From an uncultured Actinomycetes bacterium (GTDB lineage Bacteria; Actinomycetota; Thermoleophilia; UBA2241), in the NCBI GenBank assembly GCA_963709345.1, contig CAVPVX010000010.1:96001-160000 (forward strand): 64,000 nt of DNA, given 5' to 3'. Shown here piece by piece: positions 57,265 through 64,000 of this stretch. Position numbers and translations under genes: made by a program. Below the pieces are notes generated by a model that was not told the origin of the DNA, did no database searches, and was given only the letters and a program-made list of their open reading frames with translations. Position 1 is the stretch's first letter. Every line of letters begins with the position of its first letter.

Positions 57265-58341
57265 TCAGCGCGTTCGGTAGAGGTGCAGGAGGTCGGCGTA
57301 GACGCCGTAGGCCGTCTGCGGCACGAGGCCGTGACGCTCGCTGACGACGACGTCGGCCATGAGGTCGGTGTGCAGGACGGCGCCGAGCGACTCCCCGGTC
57401 AGCGCCGCGAGCGGGTGCTCGATGTCGAGTTCGCGGGCGCGCAGGCGGGCGCGCACGCACCCGGCCTCATCGCGCCACACGCTGGTGACCAGACGAAGCC
57501 TGCGCCCGTCGGCGCGGGCCCGCAGGATGCGTTCGAGCGGCACATCGTGCAGCCGCTCGCGGTCCACATCCGCCGGCGTGATCTCGGCGTCCATGGCCAC
57601 GTTGGCCAGCGCCGCCGCCTTGCTGGCCGCGTCCCAGCCGTCGAGGTCGTTGGACGGGTCGGCCTCCGCGTACCCGTCCGCCTGGGCGCTCGCGAGAGCG
57701 TCACCGAGGTCGCGGCCTGTCCCCATCTCATCGACGATGAAGTTGGTCGTCGCGTTGAACACGGCGTCGAAGCCGAGCAGCGTGCAGTCCGGCAGGGTGT
57801 ATTCGAGGAGGCTGAACACGGGCAGGCCGTCCATGACGGTGCTCTCGAAGCGGATGCGGCGGCCGCTTGCGGCGGCCGCCGGCGAGACCTCGGGCCAGCT
57901 CCAGGCGATCGGTCCTTTGTTGGCGGTGACGACATCCATGCCGAGGCGGAACGCCTCGAGGGCGTGCGCGGTGGCGGCGGGGACGAAGGTCGTCTCGCCG
58001 CCCGCGACTCCGGAGAGGTCGCCCATCACGGTGAGCTCCACGAGCACGTCCGCTCCGGACGCGGCGAGGAGCTCGGCGGCCGGCAGAGGCGCCTGCGGCG
58101 GGGCCGGCCGTTCGCCCACCTCCGCGAGCACGGCCGCGGGGCTCAGCCCCGCCGGCGCCAGCAGACTGCCGTGACGGGTGCCGGCGGCGGTGATCAGGAC
58201 GCGTAGGCCGTGGCGCTCGGCGAGCACACGTTCCTGGTGTGCGAGCAGCTCGCAGAACGCCCGCGCGACGCTGCCGAATCCGAGCAGGCACAGGCGCACG
58301 TCGCGCGGCGCGCCGGCCGGCGTGGCGGGGCCGGCGCTCAT
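57265..58341 (-). CDS. hom: Homoserine dehydrogenase
   Basis: GFGSVA, VVTANKGP, FESTVMDGLP, NATTNF and GYAEADPSNDLDGWDAASK. Confidence 0.85.
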   Translation of the reverse strand: MSAGPATPAGAPRDVRLCLLGFGSVARAFCELLAHQERVLAERHGLRVLITAAGTRHGSLLAPAGLSPAAVLAEVGERPAPPQAPLPAAELLAASGADVLVELTVMGDLSGVAGGETTFVPAATAHALEAFRLGMDVVTANKGPIAWSWPEVSPAAAASGRRIRFESTVMDGLPVFSLLEYTLPDCTLLGFDAVFNATTNFIVDEMGTGRDLGDALASAQADGYAEADPSNDLDGWDAASKAAALANVAMDAEITPADVDRERLHDVPLERILRARADGRRLRLVTSVWRDEAGCVRARLRARELDIEHPLAALTGESLGAVLHTDLMADVVVSERHGLVPQTAYGVYADLLHLYRTR

Positions 58342-59645
58342 CGCACCGATCGCGAGAGGTCGCCGACGGCGGTGACCAGCCGCTCGAGCTCACCTTCCGT
58401 CGTGTACGGGGCGAGACCGACGCGCACGAGACCGCCGCTCTCGAGCAGTCCGAGCAGTTCCACGAGGCGGTGTGCGTAGAAGTCGCCGTCCCAGGCGAAG
58501 AGGCCGCGGGCGCCCAGCGCTCGGCACACCTCGGCGGGCCGGTAGCCGGCGAGTGTGAAGGCCACGGTGGACGTGCGCGGGCTGCCTTCGGGCGGTCCGC
58601 ACAGCCTGACGCCCGGGGTGTCGGCGAGCTGTTCGCGCAGCCGCCTCGCGAGCGGCTGCTCGTAAGCCTCGCCGGCCAGTATGCCGGCGACGATCGCCTT
58701 GCGCCTGCCGTGCAGCGCCGGGCTGGAGGAGCCGGTCGCGGCGCAGCCGAGACCGCCGGGGAGCCGGTCCCCGACCATGCCGAGGTGCCGCTCGCCGAGG
58801 TCGGCGATGAAGTCGATCGCCGCGGTCGTGCCGGCCATGCCCTCGTGATTGAGCGTCCCCGTCTCCCACACGCACGGTGGTTCGTCCTCCTGCGTGCTCA
58901 AGCGTATCGGGTCCAGCATCCGCGTCGTCTCCCGGCGCGCGTACATGAGACCGATGTGCGGGCCGAAGAACTTGTAGGCCGAGCAGAGCAGGAAGTCGCA
59001 GCCGATCGCGCTGACGTCGATCGGCCCGTGCGGTGCGTAGTGGACGGCGTCGACGATGCTGAAGGCGCCGGCGTCGCGCGCCAGCGCTGCGGCGCGCGCT
59101 ACGTCGTTGACGGTGCCGACCGCGTTCGAGGCGTAGCCCAGCGCGATGACCTTGGTCCTGCCGGGCTCCACCAGCTTCTCGAAGGCGTCCCAGTCGAGGG
59201 TGCAGCTCTCGAGGTCGACGGGCACCTCGCGAACGACTGCGCCGCGTTCGGCCAGACGCAACCAGGGTCCGCGGTTCGCCTCGTGGTCGAGTTGCGTGAC
59301 GAGCACCTCGTCGCCCGGCCCTATGTCGCGGGCGATCGCGTCGCTCAGCAAGAATGCGAGCGTGGTCATGTTGGCGCCGTAGCTGACCTCGTCCCAGTCG
59401 CAGCCCATGAGGTCGGCGCCGGCCTCGTGCGCCGCCTGGACGACCGCATCGGTCTCTTCGCTCGTCGCGAAGAAGCCGTGGATGTTGGCGTTGTGGTTGA
59501 TGAGGTAGTCCTGGACGGCGTCCAGGACCCGCTGCGGCGTCTGCGTGCCGCCGGGGCCATCCAAGTAGGCAACGGGGTGGCCGTCGATGACTCTCTTGAG
59601 TGCGGGGAACTGGCTGCGCACGTAGGCGATATCGAATGCAGGCAT
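58338..59645 (-). CDS. Cysteine desulfurase-like class V PLP enzyme
   Basis: YLDGPGGTQ, LDHEAN, ASNAVGT, DAVHYAPH, CSAYKFFGPH and ETGT. Confidence 0.88.
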   Translation of the reverse strand: MPAFDIAYVRSQFPALKRVIDGHPVAYLDGPGGTQTPQRVLDAVQDYLINHNANIHGFFATSEETDAVVQAAHEAGADLMGCDWDEVSYGANMTTLAFLLSDAIARDIGPGDEVLVTQLDHEANRGPWLRLAERGAVVREVPVDLESCTLDWDAFEKLVEPGRTKVIALGYASNAVGTVNDVARAAALARDAGAFSIVDAVHYAPHGPIDVSAIGCDFLLCSAYKFFGPHIGLMYARRETTRMLDPIRLSTQEDEPPCVWETGTLNHEGMAGTTAAIDFIADLGERHLGMVGDRLPGGLGCAATGSSSPALHGRRKAIVAGILAGEAYEQPLARRLREQLADTPGVRLCGPPEGSPRTSTVAFTLAGYRPAEVCRALGARGLFAWDGDFYAHRLVELLGLLESGGLVRVGLAPYTTEGELERLVTAVGDLSRSVR

Positions 59646-59740
59646 CGGCTCACCTCGGGTCGGCGGGTCGGCGGGTCGTCGGGAGACCAGTGTATCGCCG
59701 TCGTGCATGAAGCGCGCACATGGGGGAGGATGTGAGCACG

Positions 59741-62700
59741 ATGCCGAAGAGCGACGACAAGACGACGGCGGCTGAGGTCGCGCGGGCGGTGACCGCTGAG
59801 GGTCTGCCCGCGTCCGCCGGGCGGGACGGACCCGGAGACGAGGCCGCCGGTCGTGCTCTCGCGCGTGCTCTCGATCACGAGTTCGATCTGATCTGCTTCG
59901 ACTGGGAAGGGACGGCCGTTGCCGACCTTCGGGCGGACGCCGCGGCCGTCCGCGGCCGCGTCGAACGCCTCACGGCGCTCGGCGTCGACATCGCCGTGGT
60001 GAGCGGTGGAGGCGCCGCCGCCGTCGACGGTCAGCTTCTCGCCCGGCCCGGCGTCGAGGGTCGGCTGTTCCTCTATCTCTCGGGCGGCTCCGAAGTCTAC
60101 GTCGTGGGCCCGAGCGGCCCACGGCTGCTCGAGCGCCGGCAGGCGACACCGGAGGAGAACGCGCAGCTCACGGGCGCCGCCGAGGCGTTGCGCGACCGGC
60201 TGGTCGCGGATGGCCTCCGCGTCGAGGTCGCCTACGACCGGCTGAACCGGTGTCGTGTCGACCTCGCTCCGGACTGGCCCGACCCGCCGCAGGGCGGGCT
60301 CGGCGAGCTGCGGCGCCAGGTGAACGAGCGTCTGCGGAAGGCCGGCATCGCCGGCGTCGACGGGTGCGTCGATCTGGCGCGCGAGCTGAGCCACGAGGCC
60401 GGCCTCGCGCACCTGCGCATCGCCGGTCACGGCAAGCGCATCGAGATCGGGTTGACGGACACCGGCGATTCGATGCGCTCCGTGCTGCGTTCGCTCGTCG
60501 TCGGCCGTGGGCGCCGGCCGCAGGATGTGCTCGTGCTCGGCTCCCGGTTCGGCTCTGTCGACGGCGAATCGCCGCTGCTCATCCCCGAGCTGCGCCGGGC
60601 GGTGTTCGTCGGCGTCGGCACGGAGCCCGGCGACGCACCCGCGAGGGTGCTGAAGGGCGGCGGCGGCCCCGGGCGCTTCCTCGAGATCCTGCACGACCAG
60701 CTGGCGACGCGCGAGATCGTCGCGCAGCGCGGCTTTCCCGAGCCGATCGCCGACCCGGCCTGGCGCTTCGAGGTCAAGGGCTTCGACCCGTTCCGCGAGC
60801 GCGAGGTCGAGACGTGGCTCACGGTCGCCAACGGCGAGACCGGTACGCGCGGCGCCGTCGAGGAGGGCTCGGCCGTCAGCACGCCGGCCACCTTCGTCGC
60901 CGGCGTCTTCGGAGACGGCACCGGCGACCCGGCCTTTCGCCAGCCGGTGCCGGCGCCCGACTGGACCGGGCTGCGTCTCATGGTCGGCGGGAGCATCCTC
61001 ACGCTGGCCAACGGCGAGATCCTCGAGCACGAGCGCGTGCTCGATCTCAAGCACGGGGTCGTGTACCGGTACTGGCGCCAGCGCCTGCGCACGGGGCGCA
61101 CCGTGCGCGTGCGTACGGCGCGCTTCGCGTCGCTCGCCGACCGGCAGCTCATGGCTGTGCGCGCCGAGGCGACGCCGGAGGACTTCGCCGGCACGCTCGT
61201 TTGGCAGGGCGCCGTGGGCGTGACGTACGCGGGCGGGGCGACCAAGGAGACCGTGTTCGAGCATCTCGAAGACCCGCCCGGGTTTCTTGCCCGCACGCGC
61301 GGCCGCAACGGCGGCGGGCACGCGCTCGCGGTGACAACGAGCCCGGCGCCCGGCTCGCCGGTCGCGCGCACGGTGCAGCAGGCGCGCGACGTCATCGGCG
61401 GCCGCCTCGAGCCCGGGGACCCCGCAACGGTCGACCGTCTGGCCGCCGTCGTCTCGGCCCGCACCAGGGCGCCGTCGGGCGACTCCGCCCGCCGCGCGCT
61501 CGTGCGCGCAGAGACGCTCGGCTTCGACGAGCTGCTTCGCCGCCACCGCGCGGCGTGGGACGAGGCCTGGGGGGCTGCCGACCTGCGCATCGACGGTGAC
61601 GCGTCCGACCAGCACGCCCTGCGTTTCGCCATCTACCACATGATCAGCACCGCGCACCCCACCAAGGACACCGTGTCGGTCGGCGCGCGCGGCCTCGGCG
61701 GCATGTCGTACTTCCTCCACGTTTTCTGGGACACGGAGATCTTCGTGCTGCCGTTCTTCATCTACACGCAGCCGGAGACGGCGCGGACGCTGCTCACCTA
61801 CCGCTTTCGCAATCTCCGAGGCGCGCGCGAGAAGGCGGCGAGCCTCGGGCACCACGGAGCCCTGTATCCTTGGGAGTCGGCGGACAAGGGTGTGGAGACG
61901 ACGCCGCCGTACGCGTATCTGCCCAGCGGCGAGATGGTCCCGATCCTCTCGGGGCTGATGGAGCATCACATCTCGGCCGACGTGGCCTGGGGTACGTGGG
62001 AGTACTGGAAGGCGACCGGCGACGACGCCTTCATGGCGAGCATGGGCGTCGAGATGATGCTCGAGACGGCGCGCTTCTGGGTCTCGCGCGCCGTGCTCGG
62101 CGACGACGGGCGGCATCACGTCGAGGTGGTCGTGGGCCCCGACGAGTACCACGAGGGCGTCGACGACAACGCCTACACCAACGTACTGGCGCGCTGGAAC
62201 ATCCGGCACGCGCTCGAGGCCGTGGCCTGGCTCGAGAAGGTCGACTCCGGGTACGCGGAAGAGCTCAAGGAGCGTCTCGGGCTGACCGTCACGGAGCTGT
62301 TCGGATGGCGCCGAGTGATAGACGGTCTGGCGGACGGGTACGACCCGGAGACGCTGCTCTACGAGCAGTTCGCCGGCTTCTACGACATGGCCGACGTGCC
62401 GCTCGAGAAGCTCCGCCCGCGGCCGATGGCCGCCGACCTGCTGCTCGGCCGCGACGTCACGCTGGTGAGCAAGGTCGTCAAGCAGGCTGACGTCGTCATG
62501 CTCTGCCACGTGCTCGCCGACGAGATCGACGACCCCACGACTCGCGCCAACTACGACTACTACGAGCCGATCACCTGTCACGGCAGCTCGCTGAGCCCAG
62601 GCATCCACGCCGCCGTTGCCGCGCGGCTCGGTCATGTGCCCGAGGCGACCGAGTACTTCAAGATGGCTGCGGCCATCGACCTCGCCGACAACATGGGCAA

Positions 62701-63028
62701 CGCCGCTGCCGGGCTGCACATGGCCACGATGGGCGGTCTGTGGCAGGCGGCTGTGATGGGCTTCTGCGGCCTCATGCGCCGTGGGGAGGCCCTGCAGCTC
62801 GACCCGCACCTACCGAAGGCGTGGAAGCGCGTGCGGCTCCCGCTGCGCTTCCGCGGCTCGCGCGTGCGCTTCGATCTGCGACGCCGCAGGGGTGGTGACG
62901 AGGTGGGTATACACATCGAGAAGGCGCCGCTCACGCTGTTGCTCGACGGCGAGGAACGGGAGTTCCGGCCCGGCGAGCATCGCCTGAGTCGCCTGGACGG
63001 ACAGGCTTGGCGAGAGGTCGTGGAATGA
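59741..63028 (+). CDS. HAD-like domain fused to a GH65 disaccharide phosphorylase/hydrolase
   Basis: N-terminal CFDWEGT; GH65 motifs FWDTE, YPWES, GPDEYHE, KQAD and HGSSLS; start may be 59720-59741. Confidence 0.88.
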   Translation: MPKSDDKTTAAEVARAVTAEGLPASAGRDGPGDEAAGRALARALDHEFDLICFDWEGTAVADLRADAAAVRGRVERLTALGVDIAVVSGGGAAAVDGQLLARPGVEGRLFLYLSGGSEVYVVGPSGPRLLERRQATPEENAQLTGAAEALRDRLVADGLRVEVAYDRLNRCRVDLAPDWPDPPQGGLGELRRQVNERLRKAGIAGVDGCVDLARELSHEAGLAHLRIAGHGKRIEIGLTDTGDSMRSVLRSLVVGRGRRPQDVLVLGSRFGSVDGESPLLIPELRRAVFVGVGTEPGDAPARVLKGGGGPGRFLEILHDQLATREIVAQRGFPEPIADPAWRFEVKGFDPFREREVETWLTVANGETGTRGAVEEGSAVSTPATFVAGVFGDGTGDPAFRQPVPAPDWTGLRLMVGGSILTLANGEILEHERVLDLKHGVVYRYWRQRLRTGRTVRVRTARFASLADRQLMAVRAEATPEDFAGTLVWQGAVGVTYAGGATKETVFEHLEDPPGFLARTRGRNGGGHALAVTTSPAPGSPVARTVQQARDVIGGRLEPGDPATVDRLAAVVSARTRAPSGDSARRALVRAETLGFDELLRRHRAAWDEAWGAADLRIDGDASDQHALRFAIYHMISTAHPTKDTVSVGARGLGGMSYFLHVFWDTEIFVLPFFIYTQPETARTLLTYRFRNLRGAREKAASLGHHGALYPWESADKGVETTPPYAYLPSGEMVPILSGLMEHHISADVAWGTWEYWKATGDDAFMASMGVEMMLETARFWVSRAVLGDDGRHHVEVVVGPDEYHEGVDDNAYTNVLARWNIRHALEAVAWLEKVDSGYAEELKERLGLTVTELFGWRRVIDGLADGYDPETLLYEQFAGFYDMADVPLEKLRPRPMAADLLLGRDVTLVSKVVKQADVVMLCHVLADEIDDPTTRANYDYYEPITCHGSSLSPGIHAAVAARLGHVPEATEYFKMAAAIDLADNMGNAAAGLHMATMGGLWQAAVMGFCGLMRRGEALQLDPHLPKAWKRVRLPLRFRGSRVRFDLRRRRGGDEVGIHIEKAPLTLLLDGEEREFRPGEHRLSRLDGQAWREVVE

Positions 63029-63068
63029 GTTCGTCGAGTAGGGCAGGGACACGTCAGGAGGCGTCGTC

Positions 63069-63863
63069 GTGACGCTCCTCATCGCCGTCGCCGACGCCGG
63101 CGCGGACGCCGATCTCGTCGTCGCGGCGCGTGCGCTCGCCGCAGCCGCCGGCTGGGATGTGCGCGCCGTGCACATCCACGAGGCCGGCGCCGCCCCGGTC
63201 GGCGACCCCGGGCTCGACGAGATCGAGCTCACCGAGCTCGAGGGCGATCCGGTCGCCGCGCTGTGCTCCCTGGCCGGCCGAGGCGGTATCGACGCCTTCG
63301 CCATTGGCCTGCGGTCGTCGGCCGGCGCAGCGCCGGAGCCCGGCCTGGGTCACGTCGCGGAAGCGATTCTCGCGGCTGCTGTGGCGCCGCTTCTGCTGGT
63401 ACGGCCCGGCATGCGCCCCCTCGGTGGCCTGAGGCGCATCCTCGTTCCGCTCGAAGGCAGCCCGTCCGCGTCCGCCTCGATGAAGGTCGCCGACGACGCC
63501 TTCTGCAGGCGCGGCCGCGAGATCGTGATGCTGCATGTGGTGACCAGCGAGACGCCAAGTGAGCGAGGGAGCCTGCCGGCGCCGCGCATGATGGACCAGG
63601 AGCACTACGAGTGGGCCGCCTGGCAGGACGAGTTCACGATGCGGTTCTCCGCCTGCCCCGAGGGCGGCCGGCACCGCGTGGCCGTGCGCGTCGGCGACCC
63701 TGCAGACACCATCGCCGAGGAGGCGGCTGGTCTGAACGCCGAGCTCATCGTCCTCTCGTGGAACGGCTCGTTCGCAGCCGGTCACGGCGCCGTAGTGGGA
63801 GAATTGCTCGACACGGCGCCGTGCCCCGTGCTGCTCGTTCCCTGCGGGGTCTGCGCCGTCTGA
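63069..63863 (+). CDS. Universal stress protein (tandem USP)
   Basis: RILVPLEGS, GDPADTI..A..LIVL and APCPVLLVP. Confidence 0.85.
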   Translation: MTLLIAVADAGADADLVVAARALAAAAGWDVRAVHIHEAGAAPVGDPGLDEIELTELEGDPVAALCSLAGRGGIDAFAIGLRSSAGAAPEPGLGHVAEAILAAAVAPLLLVRPGMRPLGGLRRILVPLEGSPSASASMKVADDAFCRRGREIVMLHVVTSETPSERGSLPAPRMMDQEHYEWAAWQDEFTMRFSACPEGGRHRVAVRVGDPADTIAEEAAGLNAELIVLSWNGSFAAGHGAVVGELLDTAPCPVLLVPCGVCAV

Positions 63864-63948
63864 GCCCGCGGCCTCCCGCACCCGTGCTTGACCCGCTCCG
63901 TCGCCGGCTGACACACTGCAGGGACGACGCATGCGAGCAACGGGGGGC

Positions 63949-64000
63949 ATGAGACGTACCACCACCATCCGCGGGCTCGTGGCCGCCGCCGCCCTTGCGG
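63949..64000 (+). CDS. Start of a secreted protein (partial)
   Basis: MRRTTTIRGLVAAAALA signal-peptide-like N-terminus after a G-rich RBS. Confidence 0.4.
   Translation, partial: MRRTTTIRGLVAAAALA

Noticed and set aside
1-64000. CRISPR arrays, tRNA/rRNA, transposases, integrases, phage genes
   Set aside because: No regularly spaced repeats or recognisable motifs seen

Overview
GC-rich bacterial DNA from an apparently anaerobic organism; a high-GC actinobacterial-type lineage is inferred, not proven. From left to right it holds: a partial SAM methyltransferase; a complete hdrCBA-flxDCBA (Hdr-Flx) operon; MFS, cupin, M20, SDR, EamA and GNAT genes; a signalling cluster (histidine kinases, REC-GGDEF, a stand-alone CarH/AerR-type B12-binding protein); a TIGR00300 ornithine-cyclodeaminase-like gene; and a flavodiiron protein. 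At about 28-41 kb lies a guanidino-compound island: MtaA-like gene, ureohydrolase, arginine synthetase arcE-arcB-arcC, a MerR-XRE-cupin regulator, an amidinotransferase, an SSS transporter and a class III aminotransferase. Then come vapBC, a glycine riboswitch heading a plant-HPR1-like reductase plus glycerate kinase, a Liv-type ABC transporter, a xanthine-dehydrogenase-family molybdoenzyme whose flavin subunit carries an inserted GltD-like module, hom, a cysteine-desulfurase-like gene, a HAD-GH65 fusion and a USP. Best candidate new system: the amidinotransferase and the arcEBC operon sit behind near-identical copies of one promoter/operator. This suggests an ornithine-catalytic transamidination cycle yielding 2 ATP per guanidino group (hypothesis). 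Several single-base frameshifts look like sequencing errors. No CRISPR array, tRNA, rRNA or transposase was recognised.
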